Assembly: GCA_937625935.1 (NCBI GenBank)
Contig: OW569363.1
Span: 186,001 to 250,000 of the forward strand
Direction: 5' to 3'
Length of the DNA stretch: 64,000 nt
DNA from: Tetramitus jugosus
Lineage: Eukaryota > Protista > Heterolobosea
The translations under genes and the position numbers were made by a program. Below the pieces are notes generated by a model. That model was given only the letters and a program-made list of their open reading frames with translations. It was not told the DNA's origin and did no database searches. Positions 1 through 12,559 of the stretch are shown piece by piece (position 1 is the first letter of the stretch; every line of letters starts with the position of its first letter).

Positions 1-54
1 ATCCAAATCATCCAAACATCTGAAAAACACGGTAGAGGACAAATCATACCAATG

Positions 55-250
55 GAGAGAGAGAGAGAGAAAAAGAAACGTGTGTGTGTGAGCCAAAGTT
101 CAATTTCAACAATCAAAAAAGCAACAACAACAAGAGATTGCACATACTTTCGAAGCATTTGTGCACTCTTTGGTGGATATTCCATATTCATGTATTGTGA
201 GGCAACAGATTGATTGTTATTGTTGTTTGTTGTTGTTGTTGTTGTTGTTG
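55..250. repeat. Microsatellites (GA)n, (TG)n and (GTT)n
   Basis: (GA)n at about 55-69 and (TG)n at about 80-90 in a striatin intron; (GTT)n at about 213-250 encodes a poly-Thr/Asn tract. Confidence 0.8.
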
Positions 251-805
251 TGGCTGTAGCTACAGGAGGATTCGTTATCAATTGTTCAACACGATTGATC
301 AATTGTTCTCGTACAGATTCAATACTATTCGTATTATTACTATTGTCATCATTAGAGACATTCTTGATTTCATCTGCTAATGTGTTGAATTTCAATCTAT
401 TGTGTTTTGAGTTGTAGAAGAGTTGTTGTTAGAGTCCACAACGAGCCAATACAGAATTGAAAGACTATCATCATCATCAACAATGTGAATTCGTGAAAAA
501 ACATACCTCTCATTCTGCAGCACAAACTCCAGCATCTTGATACGCCTCAATAAATCAAACTGAATTTTTTCGTGAGATTTTCGAGAGCTCTCTAAAAAGT
601 GTATCGTACGCTTGTATTCCGTTCGTTCTAATTCCCATAATTGACGTTCAGACTCCATCTTTCTATACTCTCTCTGTAAAAAGTGAAGCACACTGGGAAA
701 GTCCAGTGATGAGGACATGGACGTTGCCGGTGAAGAAGATGGAGAGATTGTGTTCGATGTACCACTACCACTGTTGGTACTGCTGTTCTTTGTGGTACCA
801 CTCAT
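148..805 (-). CDS. STRN: Striatin family protein, 5' part (exons 805-507 and 396-148; gene continues left of the window)
   Basis: Striatin N-terminal caveolin/coiled-coil motif VLHFLQREY..ERQLWELERTE...DLLRRIKMLEFVLQNER. GTATGT donors at 506 and 147, TAG acceptor at 399-397; the spliced frame continues ERLKFNTL...QMLRK. Confidence 0.85.
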
Positions 806-1216
806 AATAATTGATCGAATCGAATCACGTGTGTGTTGTTGCTGTTAACGACAAAAAATTTGGGTTTGTGTTTTCGGTGGATTTTTGGTTGTTTGTTGGC
901 AAAAAGCTTTTTTTCAGTTGTCGGACAAATCGATTATTGATTTGAAACGCGAGGTTTGGCTTGGGGGGAGAATAGCTCTCTTGTTTTCTCTGGTGGTGGA
1001 TTGCTTGTGTCCAGATGGATGTTGTTGTACAACAAGCTTGTAGTTCACTCGAGTAATAAGTTATTGGGTTTTGTACGTCGGTGTTGTTGGATTCGGATCT
1101 CGAGACATCGAATTTCTTGATTAGCTTGGGCCTTGTTGAGCTTTGCTTCGTGCAATGAGAGTGGTGCCAGCCACTACACTAAATCGCAACGACGAGAATT
1201 GCCCAACTCAACTCGA

Positions 1217-1707
1217 CTAGCAATCCATGTAATTGGCAGCCAGCAACAACTCAATTGCTAATTCTCGATCTCCTTCCTTGGTGGGATCCAATTTCAACAA
1301 TGGCTCAAACGAAGACAAATAAACACCTCTCATCCTCCGTTCACACAAGTACTCACAAATGATTTCCAGAACGCGAGCAGAGATGTCAGGCAGTGGCACA
1401 CGATCAATGGGGCCAAACGGTCCGGATTCTATAAAGTGAGTGGGATAACAACAAACAAACATAAAAAATCAAAATTGTTTGAACAAAAGGGAGAGAGATG
1501 GAGATGAGATCGACAACAAATTCAACTCGCCAACAAATGATGTGTTCATAACATACCATCTGCTTGCATCATTTCCTTGAGCATTTTTGAGCCACTGGCT
1601 ACACGTTTGCTCACAATGAATTCTAAACCCTCATAACTGACTAACGTGATAAATTCGTTATCTTTGTACAGTTCATCTGGAGATACAATTTCTGCTGTCA
1701 AGTCCAT
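1217..1707 (-). CDS. ELOC: Elongin C (exons 1707-1557, 1428-1217)
   Basis: Spliced product MDLT...FITLVSYEGLEFIVSKRVASGSKML...ISARVLEIICEYL...ELLLAANYMDC: Skp1/BTB-like fold with the elongin C C-terminus. GTATGT...TAG intron 1556-1429. Confidence 0.9.
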
Positions 1708-1873
1708 AATTGATCTTAGCTGCTTTTCTCTCTCAAAAAGAACTCAAAAAAATTTGAGCACGGAGAAATGGCGGTGATCTTGGCGCCTCTTTCACTGGTG
1801 CGTTCACTACGAACTGAAGGGGAAAAGTTGACACTCCGATGAGAAAGTAACAGCATTCAAGTATCACTGGAAT

Positions 1874-4502
1874 ATGGAAGATGAATCCAATGGGCAGTAT
1901 TCTGCCATTCTATCTCATTTCGCTTATTTTCACTCTTCGATAAAAGACCCTAACTTAACTGAGTACCAGAGGAAGTTTGGAGTTTTATTGGCAACGACCG
2001 AGCGGTCATTCAGTCAGTTGCAACGCTTCATTGGGAGAATAACCGATCTCAATACTTCTATTCTCAGCGTTACGACTCAACTTCGCTCGGCTATCGCTAT
2101 CAGCCAAGAAGATTCAGTTAGTGTCAATGCTCTGAAGAAAGATATCGACAGAGTGTGGAAGCAAGTGGAGCAAAGCAGAAGCAGAGAAGAAGAAGCGAAA
2201 CAGAAGCTTGAAATATTGAATGAAAAGATTGAGGCCATTCAAAGTGATATTGATCATGGATGCCCAGGTAGTGACAGAAGTGCGGAGATTGAGAAAATGA
2301 AAGAGAAGAGGTGGGACCAATATTTTTGCAACACTGTTGTTCCATTTTTGAAACAATATTCTTACCTATGAACCTTTGTACTCTAGTGAATTCCTGCGAA
2401 AGAAATTAGACAGCCTCCAGCAAGTTCGAAACACTCTCATTCTAGAAACAAATCAACTCGAGGAGCAGATCGCTAAAATTCAGAAGAAACATTCAGTCAT
2501 GATAAAAGAGCTTCAATCTCTCACTGACAAGAAGAAGGATATGATGCAAGAACTATCAAACATTGCAAAGTCGAGAAGAGTTTCCGAAAATGATTTGAGC
2601 GAATTGAAGTTTCGGATAGATGAACTGGCAGAGGAAATAGCGAGTAAAGAACAAGAAATTGCTAACATGGATCGACACCTCAGAGATGAAGAAGCAGACA
2701 AGCAGAAAAAACGAAAGGAAGTCGAATTATTAATACGAGAGGAGATGAGAAGATCCGATATACGAGAATTAGAAATGAAAAATTTGAAGGAGCATATTAC
2801 TGAAAACGCAAAGTTAGAATCATACATCGAAAGTGTAATAATTTCTAAGAGTAAGGTGGATGAATCGATTAATGCAACAAAACAGGCAAAAGAGAAATGT
2901 CAGAAGACAATAGACAAGATAAATAAGCGCAAGAGAAGACGAGAAATGGTTGCGAGTGATTTGAAGTTGAAGCAGGAAAGGATCAACCACGAGATTCTCG
3001 ACTTCAAAGAAGAAATCAAAGAAATGGAAGAGCAGTTGGAGCGAGAAAGAGCATACGTTGAAAAGTCAAAGAAAGAAAAGAAAATACTAGATAAATCAAT
3101 ACGGATGGCCGGTCGAGATGTTGAGAGGTTAGCAAGCGAAGTTCTAGTCAGAAGAGGACATTTAAGGAATGTGGAGACTCTCTTAAAAGGATATTCCAAA
3201 TCAGCACAAAACAGAAGAAATGATCAGTATCGATTGGAGCAGGAGCGAGACAAGTATGACATAGCATGTGCTGAAGCTGAGAGGAGATTAGAGGATGCGA
3301 AAGAGGCAGTGTTGTCGAAGAAACAAGAGACAAATGATCTGCAGGAAAAAATTGTAAATGGACAGGAGAGACTGAAGCAGCAGCAAGCCTTGTTGGATCA
3401 AGTAACTCAAGAAAGAAATACTTATTCAAAAAACTTAATTGATGCTCAACGAGAGATAGAGACCATGAAAAGAGAATGGGAACATATGATTGATCAGATC
3501 CAAAAGTTTAAGAATGACATCAAACAGAAAGAAGTAGAAAAGATTGAAACAACAGAAGACCTGGCTAAACTATTGGATAAGAACCAAAAACTGAAGGACC
3601 ACGAGAAGAACCAAAAAGAAAGAATCAAAGAACTAGACATCGAAAATAGGAAACTTGAGCGCCAAATATCCAAACTTAATGCTATCATTCGCGAAGCAGA
3701 TACCGAAGTGAATAAGCAACAGAAAGAGTTTGAAGCGGTTGTGAATGATCGAGACATTTTGGGAGCTCAGTTAATTAAGAGGAATGATGAATTGGCTCAA
3801 TTGTACGAAAGGATCAAGAGTCAACAAAGCATTGTGGCAAAAGCTAGTGTACAATATGAACAAAAGATGAGAGACATTGAAGTTATCACAAATCGAATCA
3901 ATGAACTCACACAAAACAAAGCTAAGCTAGAATACAAAACAAGAGATCTAGAGTCCCTTCAATCGGAGGTCAACCTTCTCCAAAGAACATTAATCGAAGA
4001 GAAACAGAAGCTGAGAGCACTGGAGGATGAAAAGAACACTCCTCTGAATGTTCATCCATGGAGACGGATAGAAGGATCAGATCCTTGGTCCTACTCAATG
4101 GTTTCAAAGATTCAAGAACTACAAAAGTCTTTGATTGAAAAAACGGAGCAAGTCCTTCAGAAAGATCTCCTCATTCAACAAAAGGAGAAGCTCTATTTGG
4201 AACTTAGAAGAATGATCGCCCGTATGCCTGGAGTCGAAGCCAATGTACAATGGGAAAAGTACAGAAAGAGTTTGAACGGAAAGCAAGAACAATACGAAAA
4301 TTTGAAGAAACAAGTCAGAGACACTCGGATCAAAATACGTCAGTTCAAGGACAACAGACAAGACTTAATGTTGAAGTGGGAGGACGTTGGTGCTCAATAC
4401 CGTAAAACAATGAAAAGTCAATCCAGTAACCAAAAGGAATCCTATGAGCCACAATTTGACGAAGAATTGTACGCTCAGTATCAACCACAGGAAGGTGCTT
4501 AA
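1874..4502 (+). CDS. CFAP58: Cilia- and flagella-associated coiled-coil protein 58 (intron approx. 2311-2386; start uncertain)
   Basis: Long coiled coil with CFAP58-type motifs RDILGAQLIKRNDELAQLYE and PLNVHPWRRIEGSDP. Two consecutive ORFs are joinable by a GT...TAG intron. Confidence 0.85.
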
Positions 4503-4667
4503 ATGTCACTCAAGCTTATCCGTAAAGTATTTATTGATCTTTTTTGGCGGCGCTGCTGTCACTTTTTTGGATGTCATCCAGACAACAAAAAAATCTTGCG
4601 CCTCCACAAAAACCGAAGCAACTAACCATACATTGGCGCAACAAGCAACGAACAACACAATAATCGA

Positions 4668-6494
4668 ATGGTTCAAACAATAGAAAAGCAAAAATGCACC
4701 CTGGAAGACTTCTTTGCTGAAGATGATGACATACCAGACTTTTACATGTGCAATACATTCACCGACGTCATTTTCAAAGTTCCCGCCATGTTGAATGGTC
4801 GCATCTACGAAAAATCGGAAATTCTACATTGGATCAGAAAGGAAGGTAAGTCAGTCACACGTTCACTTTACAGCTCTTGACATGACGGAGTTTTATTATC
4901 ATGTCTGTTGTTGTCAAAAAGCTTTTTGACATTGACACTTGTTGTGCTATCTCTTCTCTATTGTATGGACGCATGTTTAGGTACTGATCCATTCACGAGA
5001 ATGGAAGCTGATGAAGAATATGTACAAACTGTGATGAAGTCTGCGATTGGACTTGATCAATTCATGCTCAAGAAGGTGAATCAAGTAAGTTGATGGATCA
5101 ATCATTCATGATGAATTTTCAGTGTTTTGTTTGTATTGCTACACGTGTGTATCAATGGACACTAACGTGAGCTCTTTTCTTTTGTGTAATGTTTTTTCTA
5201 GTTTTGCGCCAAGCTTAAGAAATATCTGACGACACACGCAACAGAGAGAGCTCCAACGTCAGATAACAAGACAACGGTACGATCGCTCATCTCCACTGTA
5301 GCTCTATTCTTGTGTTGCATCGTTAAGCCTTCCATTACACAAGAAAATGATCCAAATAACAATAGCAAGAGCAAGAGCAATAGCAGTGAAAATCATCTTT
5401 CCTCAGAGCTTCGAAAAGATCAAGAAATGGCAGTGTACAGTGAGGATCATTACGTGAGAGCAAGAAGCTTTTGTGCAACGGATGACAAGTTCTTGAGGCA
5501 CTTTGCGAAACAAGACTTGTTAATGTGTGTGATGAGTCATGCCAAGAACAATAGGATGGTGTTGGACAGTGTCGTTCGATTCTTGGACGATTTCTATCAG
5601 CACAATGCAGGTGACACTTCGAGTGATCATGTGATCTTCTCTTGGAACGACACGACCACACCAACAAGTCCCAATGCTGAGAACAATGACAGTAATAATA
5701 ATAATAATAATAGTAGTAGTAACAATGACAACAGTGCTGAGGTACAAGTCGAGATTGCAACGACAATGACGGATGATTTTTGTTCATTCTTGAGACACGT
5801 GGACCACCATCATCAGTCAGACAACAACAAAAGTAAGAGCAAGGGAAATAACAATTCAGTGTTGTTGTCATTGGTATCTGACGGATTGAGTGAGAGAGAT
5901 GAGGCTAGTGAAGACAGTGGAGATGTCAAGCGAGAAATGTTTGTCGTTCCTGATGGATTTCCACCCAACTTGCAATCTGTGTTTCTTGTTGCTCAGTACT
6001 TGATGCCATTCTTGAAGGGCAATATCGGAGGAGGTGCCATTGGCAATCAAAACAACTTTGACTTGTCCATCCTGTTTGCGGCCACCGAGGTGAACAAGAG
6101 AAACTATAAGGGAGCAGCATTTGGATTGGGCAAATGGAAGAGTGCTTCGTTGATTGTGACAAGAAAGTCCATCATGTTGTTCCATGAGGATCTACGAAAG
6201 GAGCTACAAAATATTCTCAAACGAACTGGCTGTACACTAAAAGACGTACAACAATTCTTGAACACAAAACAGGGATTGCTCTCGAAACCACTGGCAGAGC
6301 TCATGTTTGAAGATGGAATTTATTGTCGAGCGTACTCTGAGCCGAAGAAATCACAAATGTCAAGATATGGTCCCCTTAACTCTCGGGTTATACTCGGTGA
6401 CTCGAAGGGCAAAGAAAAATGGATCATCGAAACCAAGAAGGAAACAGCACGGGAACTCAGTCTTGTAGTCAGATTTTTATCTCTTGTCAGATAA
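4668..6494 (+). CDS. U-box domain protein, probable E3 ligase (exons 4668-4845, 4981-5084, 5202-6494)
   Basis: Spliced IPDFYMCNTFTDVIFKVPAMLNGRIYEKSEILHWIRKEGTDPFTR is a U-box. Two GTAAGT...TAG introns, ACTAAC branch site at 5161; exon 3 is in frame with the 5310-6494 ORF. Confidence 0.8.
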
Positions 6495-6595
6495 GAAAAG
6501 AGTTACAGATTTCTGATCAGCTAGGTTGGATATTTATTGTGATTTGTCAATCTTGGCAAAACACTTATTGTACATGTAAAAATACAACTGCCGTA

Positions 6596-6871
6596 TTACA
6601 GCAGATTCGTCGAATAATGATATGCTCTTTTCCTCTTAGGCTGGCTTGAGTCTTGTATCGAGGATCGAGAACCACTGAAGACATATTTTTCGCACTTTCC
6701 AGACTCCATCTTTGCACCAGACATGCCGTTGCATGAGTTCGGGTGCGATATCGTTTCTGCTGGGCTCCTAGATTGATGCAGGGTTGGGCCAAAGGTTGAG
6801 TGACATCGGATGAGACTCGACGACTTGACTGTGGAAACCCGAAGGTTGGAGGAAGTTAAAATTCTGATCAT
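6596..6871 (-). CDS. Small hypothetical protein, possible mitochondrial presequence
   Basis: ATG follows an A/C-rich leader typical of this genome; N-terminus MIRILTSSNLRVSTVKSSSLIRCHS is R/S-rich with no acidic residues. No recognisable domain. Confidence 0.35.
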   Translation of the reverse strand: MIRILTSSNLRVSTVKSSSLIRCHSTFGPTLHQSRSPAETISHPNSCNGMSGAKMESGKCEKYVFSGSRSSIQDSSQPKRKRAYHYSTNLL

Positions 6872-7119
6872 AGCTTGGTTGGTGTTTTCGTTTTCTGGTT
6901 GTTGTTTTTTGGTCCAGTCCATTTTCTGCCTCTGCTTTTATGCTAAATCGGAGTATCGAATTAATGTAGTTTGAGGAGCCGATTTGTCGACTTTTCGACG
7001 TATTTTTACGACCGCAGTTTGGTTTCGTGCGGCTTCGCGTTTTTGATTTGATTTTGCAAATCAAAGAGCAAATGATGAAACCTCAGGAAAATTGCAGGCT
7101 GCCTATCATAAGGCATCAA

Positions 7120-9717
7120 CTACTCACTAAACCACGATTCGAAATCTTCAACTAACACATCAGATCCCTTTCGTTGACTCTGGGAGGAATTGAATAGAGA
7201 TGTATCTTTTGCTTGATCTTTGCTTCTCATCGCAGACTTTTTTTGCGGTCGCTTCTTCGCATGTGCGATCGTGTGAGAATCGAAAACTTCGAACATGCGA
7301 AAGAACAAAAGAATTTCTTACCGTAGTTTGTGGAATTTGTAAAGATTGTTTTCTCTCCTCAAAAATTCGTGCTGATTCTTCAATCTTTTGTTTCATCTGT
7401 TCGACTGCACTCTCATATGTTCTCTCCAGTAGTTCTTTCTCTTTCTTTAATTCCTTATGGAGACTTGCTTTCAGTTCTCTCTTCTCTTTTTCAACACCAT
7501 TTCTCAACTCCACTTCAAAGAGAGACAGCTCTTTCTCGACACTATCTCTCTTTTTCACAATCAGGGAACTCGATTGTTGTTTAACTTCCAATAACTATCG
7601 AAAAAGTCAGTGAGTGCTCTATGACTAAAGTGTAAAGTTCAGATACCTACTCTTCGTTCTTCGTCTTTCTTCGCCAATAACAGAAGCTCTAAACTCTCAT
7701 TCTGTCTTCGCAACTGGTCTTTCAAATTGTCTAGTTTGGTCCTTTTCTGTCTGACATGCTCCAGTTCTCTCTCCTTATTGGAATGCAAGATTTCATCCAA
7801 GGATTTGCTCTCCTCAATCAACAAGCCTCTATTTTTCTATTGGAGAAACCTTTAAGTGAATTTGACTTAAAATAAGTGAGTAAGGTCAATGTACATACTT
7901 CAAGGTTCACGATACTATCAGTGATTTTTGTTTTCTCTCCAATACAGGCTGAGAGCTGCTTGTGAAGTTCTTCTTTTTTCGTTGCACATGATAGCTGTTC
8001 ATTTTCAAGTCTTGTCACTGTCTCCTTCATATCCGCTTGGATCTTCCTTAAACTTTTCTCCAATTGAAAATTTTCATTCTTTAGGTTGTTTAGAGCCTCC
8101 ATGTCACTTACCAAAGAATTTTGTGTGGATTCAATCTCTTTCAACTTTGAGTTCCTTTCCTTTTCGACATCTCTATTAGCTAGCTCTGTTTCTCGGGCAA
8201 TTGAAACAATGGAGTAGTGTTCCGACTGAAGCTCTGAGCACTTGTTCTTGAGTTGAGTGTTAACTTCGCTTAGGTTTGATAATTCATCTCTCAGGACAGA
8301 TTTCTTTGTCTCCCACTCTCGAACCTTCTCACTCTCCCTCAAAATAATAGCAACTTCCTCCTTCATATTCTCAATCACTTCATCAAAGGTGCTATTTTCT
8401 GAATTGGACTCTTGGGATATCCCGGCCATTATTGACTCACTCCTGGATACTGCATCCTGAACTGTATCGAAAGATATAGGACCCTCGAGAAGCTTACGAA
8501 TGTCATCCTATTGAATTTGAAACATCACAATGTTGTGAGCCAAAGTTGTTACACAAAGAAGTATAAGAAAGAACCTACCTCGTATCTTAACAGTTTTTCC
8601 TTTGAGTACCTCAGTCTGAGCGTCTCTTGGTCTATGCCCATCTGTTCATGCAAAATTTTCTCTACTTCGTCATGGATGTCTGAGCATTTTCTTTTCAGAG
8701 TCTCTATCTCAACTCTCTGGGACTCTACCTCTTTCATGGAAGAAGCTAGTTGTTCTGCAGTAGAATGCAATGTTCTGGAGCATTGATCTAGAAGTTCGGA
8801 TAGTGTTAGATAAGCATTGATAAAGAGTAACGAATTATCTGTTAGTTCTACTACTTACCAATATCCTTTGTTTGTTCCTCCTTTTTTCGTTGAGTTTCCT
8901 CGATAGAAGATTGAACTTCAGCCAACTCCCTCTCTATTTCCTTCTCCTTCCTCATTTCTAATGGTGTAGAAAGTTTTGAATTAAGAAATGAATGAATGAG
9001 CGATTCTGATGAAGAATCTAAAATCTATGAATGAATTCTTACCTTCATCTAACATTTTCTTCAGTTCGTCCCTTTGAGCTGTAGAAGAATGAATCAATTT
9101 CTCAAATACGGTGTATTGTCTTTGAATGTCACCTGTTTCGTTTGAGAATTGAGCTCTACTCTCCTTGGCTAGCTCTTGAACTTCAGAGACGTCTTTCAAT
9201 GCAAGTTCACACTCCGTAACCAGAGTCTCCGTTCGGGCATACACGGAGAGCAACTTGTGGACAGTGTCCTCTGCATTCACCTTGGCCCCATCCAAGGAAG
9301 CCAAAGTTTCCTGTAACTTCTCGTTTGACTTCTCAATAGATGAAACAACACTCAATAGAGCATTCAATTGCTCATTCTAGAGGGCAATAACGGATAAAGT
9401 TCAATTTTCAACAAAATTCCTTTTAGACAGAAGAAAGAGGAAGACTAGATACGAATACAACAACAAACCTTTGAATGCATGTTGGACTGCTTACTCTTGA
9501 AGTGACTCAACAGAGAGTTTGCTGAAGTGATTAAACGATCAAAGCTATGATTGCTTGTCAGAGGCCTCTTCGACTGACCTTTAGCTTTATTGTCTGTGGT
9601 GTGTGTGGTTGTTGCTCTGGTGGCAGCACCAATCACCTGTTGCTTTGGAGTGTGGTGTTGCATTGTTCTTGGTTGTGTAGCTTGTGAATCTCTGGCCTGA
9701 ATTGGTTGCTTGATCAT
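7120..9717 (-). CDS. Multi-exon (about 8 exons) long coiled-coil protein with basic C-terminal tail
   Basis: Successive E/K/L-rich heptad ORFs on the minus strand separated by GT-AG introns (e.g. 9468-9377; donors at 9042 and 7321). Ends ...DFESWFSE*. Start could be 9717 or 9663. Confidence 0.7.
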
Positions 9718-9853
9718 GACTCTTTGTATTGTAGCTTTGAAAATGAACTGTGAGCTTTTGCTTCGATTTTGTGCGTTGATACAAAATCAACGACCTCCCA
9801 TGAAAATTTCTCGCGACACCGTAGTTGAGTTGAGCTCAACAATAGACTGAAGT

Positions 9854-10054
9854 TCAATCTGAACTCTCTCCCTTTTCCTCCCTCGCCTGCCTGATCCGTT
9901 CATTCTCTGGCTTCACCCAAAACTGCCAATAGCCAATGGCTGCAAAAGAAGCTATCCAATACAATGAGTAAACGAATTCTGCTTTTCCAAATCGTTTCAC
10001 TCCAAACACCTTCTGATTCCATTTGTCCCTCGCTTCTCTCGAAAACCACACCAT
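9854..10054 (-). CDS. Small single-pass membrane protein (66 aa)
   Basis: MVWFSREARDKW... with one aromatic-rich TM helix (FVYSLYWIASFAAIGYWQFWV) and a charged C-terminus; architecture resembles small mitochondrial inner-membrane proteins. Confidence 0.55.
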   Translation of the reverse strand: MVWFSREARDKWNQKVFGVKRFGKAEFVYSLYWIASFAAIGYWQFWVKPENERIRQAREEKGESSD

Positions 10055-10169
10055 GATTCCAATCACCACACCTCGAACTTGTTTCTTGATTTTGACCCGA
10101 TCAAAAAAAAACTGGGATCAAATTCTTCTTCTTCCATCGCACAAACACAAAACTCAACACAAAAAGCAA

Positions 10170-11210
10170 ATGTTTGACTCTTCAAGCGCAACAACGGGAT
10201 CATTTCTAGTGGGAGTAGTTCACTGCACTGTTCTGTCATCCATCTATGTTGGAAGCTTATATCTATTCAAGGGAGCATTGTCTAGCTCAAGAAACGACCC
10301 ATCCATGATACGAATGAGAACACTGTGCGTCATCGCTGTGTGCATCATCTCGCTCGCATACACTGCATTATTTGATCGTTTTTGTGTTCCCTCAACCACC
10401 AGAAACTCCATAATGGAATTTTTACGTCGCATGGGACTGCACATGAACATTTTTAAGCATATAATGGCAATTGGTGTCGCACTGTTATTGAACTCCTTGT
10501 TGTTTATGGGTCCTATTGTTCACATGCTCTTGTCTGAGCAAGTACTAGTGAGTAATATGAATCACAACAGTGGTAGTGATGGTGGTAGTTTAATGGGTCG
10601 ATATTTGGGAGGATTTTCGTTTCGATACTCTCTCATTTTGGATGGTATAAAATCGCGCGTACAACCAACGATTCGCTTCTTGAAGCAATATCCGTCCATG
10701 CTCATCAGTGGTGATGTTCATTCGGTTGATTCAGATATGTTGTTGGACTTTAGGAATATCGTTGTGGGTCCTGTGAGTGAAGAGCTTGTCTTCAGAAGTT
10801 GCATGTACTTGCTCACACACTTTTGTGGAAGGTTAGCTCCCGCAACAACAATTACAGTGTCTTCACTGATTTTTGGTTTGGCTCATTGTCATCACATTGT
10901 AGACCATACGTTGCATGGGAAAATGACGATTATGCAGGCAGTGGCATCTGTGTTGGTTCAATTGACATATACAAGTTTATTCGCAGCCTACAATGGATAC
11001 ATCTTTATTAGAACGGGATCACTCTGGGCATCAATTGCAATGCACTCATATTGCAACTATTTAGGATTACCTGACTTTGGAGGTATGCTGTCACACCCAC
11101 AGCACAAGTTCAAATTTATGGCACTTTTGTCATCCGGATTGATCCTTTTCTTTGCATTTATCTCTCCGATGACAACTCAGTACGTTTTTAATTCCGTCTA
11201 CTACGAATAA
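10170..11210 (+). CDS. RCE1: CAAX prenyl protease 2
   Basis: Multi-TM protein with Abi/CPBP motifs GPVSEELVFR, FGLAHCHH and HSYCNYLGLP. Confidence 0.92.
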   Translation: MFDSSSATTGSFLVGVVHCTVLSSIYVGSLYLFKGALSSSRNDPSMIRMRTLCVIAVCIISLAYTALFDRFCVPSTTRNSIMEFLRRMGLHMNIFKHIMAIGVALLLNSLLFMGPIVHMLLSEQVLVSNMNHNSGSDGGSLMGRYLGGFSFRYSLILDGIKSRVQPTIRFLKQYPSMLISGDVHSVDSDMLLDFRNIVVGPVSEELVFRSCMYLLTHFCGRLAPATTITVSSLIFGLAHCHHIVDHTLHGKMTIMQAVASVLVQLTYTSLFAAYNGYIFIRTGSLWASIAMHSYCNYLGLPDFGGMLSHPQHKFKFMALLSSGLILFFAFISPMTTQYVFNSVYYE

Positions 11211-11709
11211 CAACAACAAAATTCTGGCTAGAATGGTGAAAAAGGAGAAGATTTGTAAAGAAGATTGATGGAAGTTACTGTTCCGTTGACTGTCATCCAT
11301 GTCACCGTAGATTCAGAGAATACAAAAACCAAAATTTCCAATCTGATCGGTAGAACGGAGAAAGATTCATTCATCCCTTTTACCGCAGGAGATACTTTTG
11401 ATAGGCGAGACGTCGGTTTGACAACACCATAAAAAGTCTAGAAAGATTACAAAGCGAATAAATGAGTGGGCGGTATTTGACATGTTCACTCGATTTACAG
11501 TGGGTCATAAAATTCCTACAGCAAGACCATGCCCATAAAGAGGGGACAGATTTTATTCTCTTTGGCGGTTGGAAGTGTGTGAATATGAGTTCCGCGGACT
11601 GGTTCCCCTCATGCTCACCATAAAACTGGTGGCAGTCTTGAGTCAACTCTCGAAGAAAAACAACAACAAACAAAACAAACCTACTTACAAGTCACTCAAC
11701 CTATTCAAA

Positions 11710-11988
11710 ATGGCAAAGCTTAACCAATCTGAAGTCAATGTTAACTGGATCCTCGTCCTCATCCTCGGTTTCTTCGGACCAATCGGTGCATTCATCAACT
11801 CCAAGATTTTGATGAAGATGGAAAACGCATGGTTGGGTTACACCATCTTTGCTTTCATCCCATTGCTCAACTTGTTGTGCTGGATCGATTTGGCTTTGAA
11901 GGCAAAGAAGTTGCAAGAAGAAGGCTCCATTGACGAATATGACCACGTCTTGGAATTCTTGGGTGGATTGCCATTGATGCACGAGTAA
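11710..11988 (+). CDS. Small two-TM membrane protein (92 aa), probably highly expressed
   Basis: ATG after an A/C-rich leader, strongly biased codons (ATC, AAG, TTC, GGT), two hydrophobic helices, downstream AATAAA at 12153. Confidence 0.7.
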   Translation: MAKLNQSEVNVNWILVLILGFFGPIGAFINSKILMKMENAWLGYTIFAFIPLLNLLCWIDLALKAKKLQEEGSIDEYDHVLEFLGGLPLMHE

Positions 11989-12301
11989 ATTATTCTCCAA
12001 GCCAATCGAAAGTAACTACCTTTTGGGCCTACTGCCAAGCCTTTCCAAGAGAGAATTTTCTTAGGAAAATGCCAAAACGGACTGGTAGCTCCCCTCTGAG
12101 GTACTATTTGGCTTTGTATTAGTACTGTTAGCACAGTAGTCGCTATACAAACAATAAAACAGCTTCATTCATAGCAGCAGTGATCATTTTGTATCGTACT
12201 TCCAACCTCCTCCTGAAAACGGCTTCGAACGCACGAGTTTGCCAAAAAACGGTTTTTTCATACACCACGAGTTTGGTAGTGAATTTTTGCGATGGCCATG
12301 A

Positions 12302-12530
12302 TTTTTTTTTCCATACAACATTTGTGGCAACTTTAAACTAGACAATTGACGGCGGATCGTTGTGCATGGTTACCTGAGCAGGCCACAACGTTTGATGCAA
12401 CGTTACCAAATCAGATGAAGCCAGATCTGTCTCTAACAATTGATTCCATAGGGTGCATAACCAACGGAACCATGAGTGTCTTCCATGCATGCCCATCGAG
12501 TTCTCCTTTTTGCACACCAAAAAATTCGTC
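12302..12530 (-). mobile_element. Probable decayed 3' fragment of a non-LTR retrotransposon upstream of tRNA-Gln
   Basis: Minus strand ends in an A9 tract (12310-12302). Frame-broken translations HAWKTLM and RQIWLHLIW*RC resemble the remnants at 25042-25089 and 32853-33017. No clean TSD found. Confidence 0.4.
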
Positions 12531-12559
12531 AAGGTTTTTACTATTTTTGATAATATGAC

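Noticed and set aside
1140-1165. ATTGCAC U1 loop II-like motif on the minus strand
   Set aside because: No ATACTTACCTG 5' end, Sm site or U1 stems.
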